Shown: in pieces, positions 25,212 through 34,425 of the stretch
Layout of the letters: each line of letters starts with the position of its first letter
Numbering within the stretch: the first letter of the stretch is position 1
Source of the DNA: an uncultured Candidatus Saccharibacteria bacterium
GTDB taxonomy: Bacteria; Patescibacteriota; Saccharimonadia; Saccharimonadales; JACDBH01
Reading direction: 5' to 3'
NCBI GenBank assembly: GCA_964431415.1
Contig: CAYSJS010000004.1
Coordinates: 26,033-89,660, forward strand
DNA: 63,628 nt
The notes under the pieces: model-generated
What the model saw: the letters and a program-made list of their open reading frames with translations, nothing else
The model's database searches: none
Told to the model about the DNA's origin: nothing
Made by a program: the position numbers and the translations under genes

Positions 25212-26378
25212 ATGAACTCGCTATTTTTACTGGGGCGTCAGCCCGCGCTTGGCCTTGCCGAGTTAGAGAGCCTTTACGGTCCGAGCCATGTAATGCCCGT
25301 CTTCCCCAACGGAGCGCTGGTCGACATCGAACCACCGCTCATACCATTTTCCCGCCTGGGGGGAAGCGTTAAGCTTACGCGTGTCCTGCGCCAGGTGCAG
25401 ACCACCGATTGGCGTAAGATCGAGGCATATTTATACGACTTGCTTCCAAAACTATGCCGCGAAATGCCAGAAGGAAAAGTAAAAATTGGAATCAGCACTT
25501 ACGGCTTAAGACTGCGCGCTAGCGAACTTAACAGTAGCGGGCTGCGGCTGAAAAAGACCCTAAAAGCCGAGGGCTATTCGGTTCGGGTTGTACCCAACAA
25601 GTCTACCGCGCTTAATAGTGCCCAGGTGCTTCATAACAGCCTAACGGGGCCGAACGGTATAGAAATCATTGTCTACCGAAGCGGTAACGACACGTACCTT
25701 TGCCGCACCTATGCAGAGCAAGATATCGATGCGTATGCCAAACGAGACCAAAACCGCCCCATGCGCGACGCTAAAGTTGGGATGTTGCCTCCTAAGCTCG
25801 CACAGATACTCATTAACCTTGCAAACCCAGCTCCCGATGCGGTCGTGCTTGACCCGTTCTGCGGTACCGGCGTCCTTTTACAGGAAGCGGTTTTAATGGG
25901 CTTTGGCGCCTACGGCAGCGATATTGAACCGCGTATGATCACGTACTCACAAGCAAACCTCGACTGGCTTCATCAGAAAATTAATTCCAACTTTTACCTG
26001 CGTCTCGAGTCTGGCGACGCTACGACACACACCTGGAAGCCCACCCCTTCAGCAGTAGCAGCAGAAACGTTCTTGGGCAAGCCGCTTTCCAAGGAGCCGA
26101 GCCCAAAGCTCCTTCAAACCATTATGGCGGAATGCGACCGTATTCACCGCGGTACACTTGACAACCTGGCACGTCAACTAAAACCCGGCACAAAACTCTG
26201 TCTCGCTGTACCGGCATGGAAAGTCGGCAAGACCTTTAAACACCTTAAAACGCTTGATTATTTGCGTGAACTAGGGTATACTCGTATGGAATTTCGGTTC
26301 GCAAAAGCTTCAGATTTAGTCTACTTTCGAGAAGATCAAATTGTTGCCCGCGAACTCGTTGTTTTACAAAAGAACTAA
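25212..26378 (+). CDS. Putative RNA (guanine-N2/adenine-N6-type) methyltransferase, UPF0020/Trm11-like
   Basis: SAM motif VLDPFCGTGVLLQEAVLMG. TATACT (25198-25203) lies 8 nt upstream of ATG 25212. Confidence 0.6.
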   Translation: MNSLFLLGRQPALGLAELESLYGPSHVMPVFPNGALVDIEPPLIPFSRLGGSVKLTRVLRQVQTTDWRKIEAYLYDLLPKLCREMPEGKVKIGISTYGLRLRASELNSSGLRLKKTLKAEGYSVRVVPNKSTALNSAQVLHNSLTGPNGIEIIVYRSGNDTYLCRTYAEQDIDAYAKRDQNRPMRDAKVGMLPPKLAQILINLANPAPDAVVLDPFCGTGVLLQEAVLMGFGAYGSDIEPRMITYSQANLDWLHQKINSNFYLRLESGDATTHTWKPTPSAVAAETFLGKPLSKEPSPKLLQTIMAECDRIHRGTLDNLARQLKPGTKLCLAVPAWKVGKTFKHLKTLDYLRELGYTRMEFRFAKASDLVYFREDQIVARELVVLQKN

Positions 26379-26416
26379 GCAATCGCCCTACCCTCTCCTC
26401 ATTGTCGTCAAGGACA

Positions 26417-26523
26417 TTTTAGAGAGATGTAGCGTTGGGGCGGCAGTGAGGATCGCAAAGGAGCCGTACTTTTGGTACGGCGACTGCGAACCGGAGCGAC
26501 AACCCAGCGATACGCTCTCTAAA
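26417..26523 (+). promoter_or_regulatory. Highly structured ~106-nt element upstream of rpmA (candidate r-protein leader or sRNA)
   Basis: Nested helices: TTTAGAGAG 26418-26426 / CTCTCTAAA 26515-26523; GTAGCGTTGGG 26429-26439 / CCCAGCGATAC 26503-26513 (10 of 11 bp); GCAGT 26443-26447 / ACTGC 26483-26487; GCCGTAC 26463-26469 / GTACGGC 26475-26481. Confidence 0.4.
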
Positions 26524-26551
26524 CTGTCTGCACATAAAGGAACATAATAGA

Positions 26552-26824
26552 ATGTCACATGTTAAAGCGGGCGGTACCGCGAAAAATATCCACAACAACG
26601 CCGGACATCGTCTTGGTGTTAAACTATTTGGCGGCGAAGCCGTCAAAACTGGCCAGGTTATTGTACGCCAGGTCGGTCTAACGAAGCGCGCTGGCGAAGG
26701 CGCTACCGTAAGCCGTAACTTCACCATACATGCAACCCGCGACGGAGTTGTAAGCTTCGAAAAGCGTAAGGTGCGCACCTTCACAGGCCGCAGCGTATAC
26801 CGCACCATTGTTACTGTTAAATAA
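26552..26824 (+). CDS. rpmA: 50S ribosomal protein L27
   Basis: MSHVKAGGTAKN...RLGVKLFGGEAVKTGQVIVRQVG. AAGGAA SD upstream. Confidence 0.95.
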   Translation: MSHVKAGGTAKNIHNNAGHRLGVKLFGGEAVKTGQVIVRQVGLTKRAGEGATVSRNFTIHATRDGVVSFEKRKVRTFTGRSVYRTIVTVK

Positions 26825-26847
26825 TTTTGTTATCTACTGTCTCAGTT

Positions 26848-26886
26848 AAAGTCCCTCCCGAACTTTCAGGAGGGACTTTAATTTGT
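26848..26886. terminator. Bidirectional intrinsic terminator between convergent rpmA and a response regulator
   Basis: AAAGTCCCTCC (26848-26858) / GGAGGGACTTT (26869-26879) form an 11-bp stem. It is followed by AATTTG on the plus strand and preceded by an A-run complement for the minus strand. Confidence 0.7.
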
Positions 26887-26906
26887 GCCAGTTTGTTTAT
26901 TAAATA

Positions 26907-27311
26907 CTAAATACCTAAATGGTGCTTAATGCGGTCGATTACATCGGCAATGACCACTTGTGACTTTACCAGATAGTCGTCGGCACCAAGCTGCTCGGCG
27001 CGCTGGCGATCACTATCCTGGCTGAGAGCCGTAAGCATCACAACCTTGATGTTTGTTGTTTCAGGAGTGTTCCGCAGTATATCCAGTACATCAAAACCAT
27101 TTACTTGCGGCATCATCGCGTCAAGCAAAATAAGATCAGGACGAAACGCAAGTGCAGTAGCAAGCGCATCTTCGCCGTTAGGAACACGCTTAACCTGAAA
27201 ACCTTCGGCATCAAGCCGCGTTAAATATACTTCCGCTAACCCGTCGTCATCCTCGACGAATAGAATTTTTTTCATTGCCGCATTTTGTGAGGGTACTTGT
27301 GTATCATCCAT
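26907..27311 (-). CDS. Single-domain (CheY-like) response regulator, canonical active site
   Basis: KILFVEDDD...PDLILLDAMMP...VVMLTA...DYLVKS. Start is either ATG 27311 or ATG 27275. Confidence 0.8.
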   Translation of the reverse strand: MDDTQVPSQNAAMKKILFVEDDDGLAEVYLTRLDAEGFQVKRVPNGEDALATALAFRPDLILLDAMMPQVNGFDVLDILRNTPETTNIKVVMLTALSQDSDRQRAEQLGADDYLVKSQVVIADVIDRIKHHLGI

Positions 27312-27377
27312 AATTCTTATGCTATCACACAATCGAACAAAATACCTAAGAAATCAACGGCGTGCTTTTGCCATTCT

Positions 27378-28979
27378 TTAAAGCAAAGATTTTATAAAAC
27401 CATCAAACATCGGGTGCGCCCTGTTGGGACGACTTTTGAACTCAGGATGGAACTGACTAGCCAAAAAGAAAGGATGATTAATGCCTTCGATAACCTCTAC
27501 CAAATGATTATCGGGCGATGTGCCGCTTGCCCGGATTCCCCACGCGGCATATTGGTCACGATAGTCGTTGTTGCATTCATATCGATGACGATGCCGCTCG
27601 ACAATACTTTCTTGTTTGTAAACTTTATAGGCTAGACTGTCTTTGGCGATGCGACAGTCGTAATCCCCGAGCCGCATAGTGCCACCGGTATTTTCCTTGC
27701 CCTCTTGCCCTTCCATAGTTGTGATCACCAAATCTTTCGCACTTGGCTTAAGTTCTTTTGAAGACGCATCAGTGAGGCCAGCGTTACGCGCGGCAGCAAT
27801 TACTGCCATCTGCAAACCTAAACATAGACCAAGGTATGGCAAACCGTTTTTAAGTGCGTACTGGGCGGCTTTTATTTTGCCCTCGAGCCCACGCGTACCA
27901 AATCCCCCTGGCACCACAATACCATCACAGCCTTTTAAGGCCTTCTTCATATCGGTGGTTTTCTTTTCAAGCGCTTCGGCATCAATCCATGCAATGGTGA
28001 TTGCGGTGTCGTTCCAGAGCGCCGCTGATTTTAGCGCCTCAAATACCGACATATAGGTGTCCTGGTTGTCCATATATTTTGCCACCACGCCAACCGTTAC
28101 TCTTTTGCTATGTTTCGTCTTTGCGCGTTTTACCACTTCGCGCCAAGCCTTGAGATCCGGCTTCTTCATTTTCAAATCTAATCGATCAGAAATTACGTCG
28201 GCGATATCGGTGTCTTCAAGTGTCAGCGGCACTTCGTAAATACTTGGGGCATTCGGAAGCATGGCAATGGCTCGCGGTTCAACCCCGCAGAACAAGCTCA
28301 GTTTTGTGCGCACACTTTCTACCGGCATTTCTTCACTACGCGCAACCAGAATATCCGGCGCAATGCCGAGCCCGCGCAGCTCGCGGACAGAGTTCTGAGC
28401 CGGCTTGGTTTTAGTCTCTTTGCTGGTGCCCAAAAATGGCAGATACACGACATGAACGTACATACAATTTTCCCTGCCCACGCGTATGCCAAGTTCACGA
28501 ATGGCTTCTATAAAACTCAGGCTTTCGTAATCTCCCACAGTGCCGCCGATTTCAACAATATGAACGTCAAAACCCTTGCCTGCTTCAATAATGTAATCTT
28601 GAATTGCTGCCGTGAGGTGAGGAATAATCTGTACGTCTTCTCCCTCGTATTTGCCGGCACGTTCATCCTGGATTACTTTTAAGAGGACGCGGCCACTCAT
28701 GAGGCTACTTGTACTGGTTAACTCTTGGTCTAAGAATCGTTCGTAGTGCCCGAGGTCAAGGTCAGTTTCGGCGCCGTCCTTAGTCACAAAGCATTCACCG
28801 TGCTCGCGCGGATTTAAAGTACCCGCATCTACGTTTAGATACGGGTCACATTTTTGGAGATTAACCGAAAGCCCGCGGGCTTTCAAGATGTTTCCGATGG
28901 AGGCGGCAGTGATGCCCTTTCCTACTCCAGAAAGCACACCACCTGTAACAAACACAAATTTCGTTTGCCGCCTGACCAT
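27378..28979 (-). CDS. pyrG: CTP synthase
   Basis: KFVFVTGGVLSGVGKGI..., and a GATase domain with GLCLGLQ and HRHRYE. Confidence 0.95.
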   Translation of the reverse strand: MVRRQTKFVFVTGGVLSGVGKGITAASIGNILKARGLSVNLQKCDPYLNVDAGTLNPREHGECFVTKDGAETDLDLGHYERFLDQELTSTSSLMSGRVLLKVIQDERAGKYEGEDVQIIPHLTAAIQDYIIEAGKGFDVHIVEIGGTVGDYESLSFIEAIRELGIRVGRENCMYVHVVYLPFLGTSKETKTKPAQNSVRELRGLGIAPDILVARSEEMPVESVRTKLSLFCGVEPRAIAMLPNAPSIYEVPLTLEDTDIADVISDRLDLKMKKPDLKAWREVVKRAKTKHSKRVTVGVVAKYMDNQDTYMSVFEALKSAALWNDTAITIAWIDAEALEKKTTDMKKALKGCDGIVVPGGFGTRGLEGKIKAAQYALKNGLPYLGLCLGLQMAVIAAARNAGLTDASSKELKPSAKDLVITTMEGQEGKENTGGTMRLGDYDCRIAKDSLAYKVYKQESIVERHRHRYECNNDYRDQYAAWGIRASGTSPDNHLVEVIEGINHPFFLASQFHPEFKSRPNRAHPMFDGFIKSLL

Positions 28980-29085
28980 GGCGAAACAGCACCTCTTACA
29001 CGTTTAATATGTATACGATACTACGCTACTCCGCGCTGAAGGGCAAGCTTTTTAATGTTGTTAAACTTATTAACGAGCAGTTATC

Positions 29086-30372
29086 TTAGTTTTTTAGTTT
29101 GGCGAATGCAGCATCAAGTTGTGGATCGCGCGCTGCCTTGATGTCTTCGTCGCTAAGTTTTACTTCTTGATCGGGCGAAATGCCCTCTTTATCTATGTTT
29201 TTGCCGCCCGGGGTAAACCAGCGCGCCACGGTTATCTTTAATAGGCTGCCGTCCTTTAAATCTATTGGCTGCTGGACGCTGCCCTTGCCATAGCTTTTTA
29301 CTCCAATAAGTGTTGCCGCATTATTATCGCGCAACGCTCCGGCGGTTATTTCACTGGCGCTGGCGCTGCCCGCGTCTATCAGCACGACAGTCGGTACGCC
29401 CAGTAGCGTAGGCGTACCCCGCGACCGGAATGTATCAACCACTTTTCCGTCGCGCCGCTCGGTAAGAATCGTTTTGTCTTTCAACCACAGGCTTGAAACA
29501 TCTACCGCCGCTTCAAGCAGACCGCCCGGGTCGCCGCGCAGATCCAATATGATGCCCTTCACTTTTTGATTCATAAAGTCTTCAGCCGCACTGCGTGCCA
29601 GCCCGGCCGTGTCGTCTCCGAATCGGCTTATTGTTAACACACCGATACCATCTTTTACTTCGCTCTTAACGCTCGGAATCGTAATGGCTTCGCGGACTAT
29701 CTTTACTTCAAACGGCACGCCGTCCCGTACGATAGTTAACCTAACTTCGGTGCCGGCTGCACCGCGTATACGCTTTACTGCATCGTTAACCGAAAAGTCT
29801 GTCGTTGGCGTGTCGTCAATCTTGGCAATTATGTCCTTTGGCCGCAGGTCGGCTTTTTCGGCCGGGTACCCTTTAAGCGGCGCAATTATTACAATATTAC
29901 CCGCCTCGTCCTTGCCAAGCTCGGCACCGATTCCTTCAAAACTTCCATCCAACTGTTCATAGAATTCTTTTGCTTCGCTGGCGTCAAAATACTCCGTATA
30001 CGGATCGCCTGTTGCCTTGGCTAGCCCTGCCTTAAGCCCTTTTAAAAGTTCAGCTTCTGAAAGAGTACCGTCAAAGTTATTTTTAAGCGATGTATAAATC
30101 GTATCTACCGACGAATAATCTAGACGCGCCGGCAGCGAGCTATTTGCCTGAGTGGCGCCAAGGTTCTTAAAATTAAAACTTCCCCCGCCCGTCAGCCAAC
30201 CGGCAAAAAACAGCATTGCACCGGCAAACACAAATGGTGCCAGCTTTTTCACTGTCGATCCGATTCCTTTTTTTGGCTTACCCTCCGTTTCGGTATTGTT
30301 TCCACCCTGAAAATAGGAATTTTTTGACAATGACTCACCCTCTCTTAGTTCTGATGCCTTAATTACCCTCAT
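29086..30372 (-). CDS. ctpA: Carboxy-terminal processing protease (S41) with PDZ domain
   Basis: PDZ segment GYPAEKADLRPKDIIAKID and S41 core ILDLRGDPGG...SASASE. Confidence 0.85.
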   Translation of the reverse strand: MRVIKASELREGESLSKNSYFQGGNNTETEGKPKKGIGSTVKKLAPFVFAGAMLFFAGWLTGGGSFNFKNLGATQANSSLPARLDYSSVDTIYTSLKNNFDGTLSEAELLKGLKAGLAKATGDPYTEYFDASEAKEFYEQLDGSFEGIGAELGKDEAGNIVIIAPLKGYPAEKADLRPKDIIAKIDDTPTTDFSVNDAVKRIRGAAGTEVRLTIVRDGVPFEVKIVREAITIPSVKSEVKDGIGVLTISRFGDDTAGLARSAAEDFMNQKVKGIILDLRGDPGGLLEAAVDVSSLWLKDKTILTERRDGKVVDTFRSRGTPTLLGVPTVVLIDAGSASASEITAGALRDNNAATLIGVKSYGKGSVQQPIDLKDGSLLKITVARWFTPGGKNIDKEGISPDQEVKLSDEDIKAARDPQLDAAFAKLKN

Positions 30373-30443
30373 ATTGCTGGGGGTATTGTACCACGCCGAA
30401 ACGCCTATGGTTAACCCTAAAAATGGAACTTATTCCTGTCTAT

Positions 30444-31577
30444 CTACTGAAAGTAAATGTATGTTAAACCAGCCGCCATCGAAGGACTAACCCGCATTTC
30501 GGAGTAGTGTCCGGTGTAGTCGTAGTTGTACTGGCTTACCCATATACTGCCATCCGCATTTACCGCTTCTACCCACATGGCGTGTCCGTAATAGCCGACA
30601 TTCCAGATCGCAACAGAATTAACTCGTGGCGTAGAACTAGTGGGTATACCCCAGTTCCGCGCATTACCCGGCCACTGATTCGCATTTCCGATCCCACCCC
30701 AGTACGGCATTCTGCCCGTATACTCATGAACCTTCCAGGCGGTATAACTTACACATTCGCGGTTATACATGCCCCAACTGTCTATCAAGCTGTCTTGCGG
30801 AGCATTATCCCAACGAGCCGGATACCCCCCATGTCCCGGGTCACCAGGAATGATAGAAGCGCCGCCAAGCTGTGCGTTCGCAATCGCCTGCTGACGGCGG
30901 AGTTCGGCAATTTTGCTATAGTTTGACTTAAGCTGACTGTCGAGCGCAGAACGTTGCTCCTGATTAAGGTTCAAAAGACGATCTTGCTCGCCCTTTTGTG
31001 CTGCGAGCTGGTTCTGTAGATTTGTTTGCTGCTCAATCAAGGCGTTGAGCTGAGTCTGCTGGTCTTTTAACTGCGCCTTTAAAAGTGTAACTTTATCAAG
31101 TGTATCTTTGATCTTGTCTTTCACGGAGTTGCGGTACTGTTGTTTGTCAAAATAATCACTCAGGTCCTTGCTGGTGGCAAGCATTTCGATCGTACTTATG
31201 TCGCCCTCAAGATACATGGCTTTAATGTTTTCGCCCAAGATCTTTTTCTGCTGGTCTAATTCTGCTTGGGCGGCATTTATTTGGTTCTGAAGCTCAACAC
31301 TTTTTGCGCGGTTAATATCAATCTGCTCCTGCAAACCGTTGATCTGTGTTTGCAACGCAGCAATAGTCGCCTGGAGACCGTCCGCTTCAACCTGCAGCAC
31401 CTGCACCTGTTGCTGTTTCTGGCTATTTTCTGACTGAAGACGATTAATTTGTTCTTGGATACTATCGGCACGCGCAATCGGAATGCCGGCAGAGCTGCCA
31501 ACCACTAGCATAATAGCCGCAAACAAAGCCGTCTGACGTGAGAGGTGTAACTTGGTTATTATGGCTTTTGTTCGCAT
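30444..31577 (-). CDS. PcsB-like peptidoglycan hydrolase: signal/TM, long coiled coil and C-terminal CHAP domain
   Basis: Q/L-rich heptads of about 200 aa, then CHAP motifs NRECVSYTAWKV...YGHAMWVEAV. ATG 31577 has an AAGGA SD. Confidence 0.75.
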   Translation of the reverse strand: MRTKAIITKLHLSRQTALFAAIMLVVGSSAGIPIARADSIQEQINRLQSENSQKQQQVQVLQVEADGLQATIAALQTQINGLQEQIDINRAKSVELQNQINAAQAELDQQKKILGENIKAMYLEGDISTIEMLATSKDLSDYFDKQQYRNSVKDKIKDTLDKVTLLKAQLKDQQTQLNALIEQQTNLQNQLAAQKGEQDRLLNLNQEQRSALDSQLKSNYSKIAELRRQQAIANAQLGGASIIPGDPGHGGYPARWDNAPQDSLIDSWGMYNRECVSYTAWKVHEYTGRMPYWGGIGNANQWPGNARNWGIPTSSTPRVNSVAIWNVGYYGHAMWVEAVNADGSIWVSQYNYDYTGHYSEMRVSPSMAAGLTYIYFQ

Positions 31578-31662
31578 ATTTTTGTTTTCCTTGCGATGTT
31601 TCAATAATACCACTTGTTCTCCTGTTTGGCAAGATGCTTATGGCTACCCTGCCGGACTCATA

Positions 31663-31671
31663 ATTATACCA
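31663..31671 (-). promoter_or_regulatory. Extended -10 element TGGTATAAT upstream of the PcsB-like gene
   Basis: The minus strand reads GTGTGGTATAAT about 85 nt upstream of ATG 31577. Confidence 0.35.
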
Positions 31672-31755
31672 CACGGAGGGTATTGACTGAAACTACGACA
31701 CATTACATATGATGGTGTACTGCTCGCTTACTCAGAATGCCTAGACTCTCGTAGT

Positions 31756-32700
31756 TTACTTGGCGTTTTTGGCGCGTAAATAGCGCTGTGTCGCGACAAA
31801 CGACGACCCAACCCCAATAAACATACCAAGCCCCAGCTGAGCCCCTGTAATGCTCCAAAAATGGTCGGTAAAATAACGGTTAGCGTACGTAATATCAAGG
31901 AGCCCAAAACTGCTGGCATTAAGTGTGCTGCTCGCAACTGAAAACAGCGCATTGCAGGCCACTACAGAAATAACCGCGCTTGCCACGCCAATCAGAAAAC
32001 TCTCGACCAAAAACGGACCGCGTATATAGAACTTGCTGGCGCCCAGCAACCGCATAATACTGAGCTCGTCACGCCGGTTAAAGATAGCCATCTGAATTGT
32101 ATTAAATATGATGAGTACGGAAATAAGAGCAAACACGATCACGCCCACAACACCCGCCCTTCTGATGAAACTGGTTGCTTTGGCAATTTTATCGATTGCC
32201 TCTTTACGATCACCAGAATATGACGTTTTGTCTGACTGCAGTGCCTCAACTTCGGGTTTTTCGAGGAATTGCTTTATGCCATCTATCTTGTCCGGATCGT
32301 ACACTTTTATCTGAAGGCTCGCCGGCAACGGATTATCGGTCTGCGATATGGCTAACTGCAGGTCGACATTATCTTTGTTGATTTCTATATAGTTTTTGAG
32401 CGCCTGTTCTTTGCTGATATAGTTAACTGCTTTAACGTTTTCGATTTTCTTAAGCTCGGTAATTAAGTCTTCGCGCTGCGAGTCGCTGACATCATCTTTT
32501 AGATATACCGAAATGTCTATTTTGTCGCGAATCGTCTGCACGGTATAGCTGAACGTAGCGTTCGCAATAACCGAGAATAAGACGATAGTTAGCGTAATGA
32601 TCATCACCGCCATCGCCGCTGCGCTCAACCAGGCATTGCGGACAAAATTATTAGTACCGCTTAAAAATATGCGCCACAGAGTCGTAAGTTTCCTATTCAT
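31756..32700 (-). CDS. ftsX: Cell division ABC transporter permease FtsX
   Basis: 4 TM with a large first extracellular loop. GGTGAGG SD. Downstream of ftsE. Confidence 0.85.
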   Translation of the reverse strand: MNRKLTTLWRIFLSGTNNFVRNAWLSAAAMAVMIITLTIVLFSVIANATFSYTVQTIRDKIDISVYLKDDVSDSQREDLITELKKIENVKAVNYISKEQALKNYIEINKDNVDLQLAISQTDNPLPASLQIKVYDPDKIDGIKQFLEKPEVEALQSDKTSYSGDRKEAIDKIAKATSFIRRAGVVGVIVFALISVLIIFNTIQMAIFNRRDELSIMRLLGASKFYIRGPFLVESFLIGVASAVISVVACNALFSVASSTLNASSFGLLDITYANRYFTDHFWSITGAQLGLGMFIGVGSSFVATQRYLRAKNAK

Positions 32701-32767
32701 ATTGCTCGATCCTCACCTGAGGGTAAAACGCAAAAGCAAACGCATGCCAAGTCAATAATCTGTCCTC

Positions 32768-33451
32768 TCATTTGTAGCTCCCGCCCGCATGGTCGCTTAC
32801 AATGTTTCCACCCTCGATAGTAATAACCCGCCGTTTTAACTTGTTTACAATGTCCTGATTATGCGTCGTAAGCAGTACGGTAGTGCCGTATTTATTAATC
32901 TTCTCCAGCACACGAATTACATCCCATGCATGCTTTGGATCAAGGTTGCCGGTCGGCTCGTCGGCAATAAGAATCTTCGGCTGACGCACAATCGCCCTGG
33001 CAATTGCGACTCGCTGACGCTCACCACCGCTCAGTTCAAGCGGCATGCTTTTTTCCTTCCCCTTTAGCCCCACAATGTCTAGAACACGTGGTACCGTATG
33101 GCGAATTTCCTTGGTGCTAATGCCGATAATTTCGAGTGCAAAAGCAACGTTTTCAAAAACAGTCTTGTTGGGCAGTAGTTTAAAGTCCTGAAAAACCACG
33201 CCTATTCTGCGACGCAGACGCGGCACATCCTTGTCTTTCAGCCGTTCGTAGTCAATGCCGCCGACGATAATTTTCCCGCTGGTCGGTTTTTCTTCGCGCG
33301 TCAATAACTTTAGCAGTGTTGATTTTCCGGCACCGCTGGGTCCAACAATAATGACAAATTCTTTCGGTTCTATATGAAGGGATATGCGCTCCAGCGCCGC
33401 AGAATCAGACCGTTTGGAATAGCTTTTACTTACCCTATCTAGCAATATCAC
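32768..33451 (-). CDS. ftsE: Cell division ATP-binding protein FtsE
   Basis: Walker A GPSGAGKST, signature LSGGERQR and Walker B ILIADEPTGNLD. GTG start with TATACT 6 nt upstream. Confidence 0.9.
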   Translation of the reverse strand: MILLDRVSKSYSKRSDSAALERISLHIEPKEFVIIVGPSGAGKSTLLKLLTREEKPTSGKIIVGGIDYERLKDKDVPRLRRRIGVVFQDFKLLPNKTVFENVAFALEIIGISTKEIRHTVPRVLDIVGLKGKEKSMPLELSGGERQRVAIARAIVRQPKILIADEPTGNLDPKHAWDVIRVLEKINKYGTTVLLTTHNQDIVNKLKRRVITIEGGNIVSDHAGGSYK

Positions 33452-33493
33452 CTACCTAGTATAGCAAATCATAAGCTTTTTTTGCCGTAATTT

Positions 33494-34396
33494 TTAAAAA
33501 CCACGGAATGTAAGCAGGCGCTTCTGTAGCTTGGTATGCCGAACGAACAATAAGACAGATCCCGCAACAAAACAGACGCCCAATACTGAACTCAGTATGA
33601 TTGCATCCTGGGCATTGAGCCGCGCCCAGCGCACCAGCGGTGACCACACGCCTTGCTTGTTTTCGACCATGAGTGTTGTCGCTTCATTTATGACCATACC
33701 ATTCGACTTTGTGATCTGAATGCTTATGCGATGCGTACCATTTCTGAGAAGCGTTGTATCAATACCAAAGTTATATGCCGTAGGAATCGGTGCGCCATCG
33801 GCATAGTACACCACTTTTGTAATCTGGTCTGCGTTATTGACGATGGTTTGCGTAGGAATCACAATACCGCCAACCGGCCCGTTTGAGGCTGGCGGCACTT
33901 CAGTGGCGCCGGACAGCGAAAATGTGGCCGATGCTGTGGTTGACTGGCAGTTGTCGCCGAGACCTGCAGGAACACAACCATTTTTTATAAGGAGTATCCT
34001 GTCTATTCTGACCCCGGGATCAATACCTATAAGCCGGAAGTGATTTTCTGTGGTGTGGTCAAAATCATAACGGACAGTCTTACTTAAATTACCGCCATAA
34101 AATGACACCCACTCCCATTCGCCCGGGGTAACGCTGCTTCCGCCGACTTCAAAACACGTATTCCCGTTTACCTCCAGCCGATACCTGTTGTGTTGATCGT
34201 CCGGAACCTGCATACGTGTCCAGAGCACATACGCCCCCCGTGTCGGTAACGTCGGAACGTCTAACGCAACCACTCCATAGTTGGCCGTATTCTCACACGC
34301 GTCGGCCACAACCTTAGGTGCATGCGAAAAAATCATCAGCCCAGAAAGCAGCGCTATAAAAGCCAGTCGTTTAAGCGTATTTTTCGTATGCGCCAT
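33494..34396 (-). CDS. Secreted protein with C-terminal TM anchor, unknown function
   Basis: Signal peptide LAFIALLSGLMIFSHAPKVVA, a beta-rich body, and C-terminal AIILSSVLGVCFVAGSVLLFV followed by a basic tail. Confidence 0.5.
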   Translation of the reverse strand: MAHTKNTLKRLAFIALLSGLMIFSHAPKVVADACENTANYGVVALDVPTLPTRGAYVLWTRMQVPDDQHNRYRLEVNGNTCFEVGGSSVTPGEWEWVSFYGGNLSKTVRYDFDHTTENHFRLIGIDPGVRIDRILLIKNGCVPAGLGDNCQSTTASATFSLSGATEVPPASNGPVGGIVIPTQTIVNNADQITKVVYYADGAPIPTAYNFGIDTTLLRNGTHRISIQITKSNGMVINEATTLMVENKQGVWSPLVRWARLNAQDAIILSSVLGVCFVAGSVLLFVRHTKLQKRLLTFRGF

Positions 34397-34425
34397 ATTA
34401 CCATTCAAGTATACTACGAAAAAGC

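Noticed and set aside
26429-26513. Long-variable-arm tRNA-like fold of the rpmA upstream element (7-bp terminal stem CGTTGGG/CCCAGCG).
   Set aside because: There is no T-loop (GTTCRANYC), no D-arm geometry and no CCA/discriminator context. The internal helices do not fit a cloverleaf.
26419-26808. Minus-strand 129-aa ORF overlapping rpmA.
   Set aside because: It is antisense to an unmistakable L27 gene and to the structured leader, and the translation is Arg/Pro-rich with no motifs.
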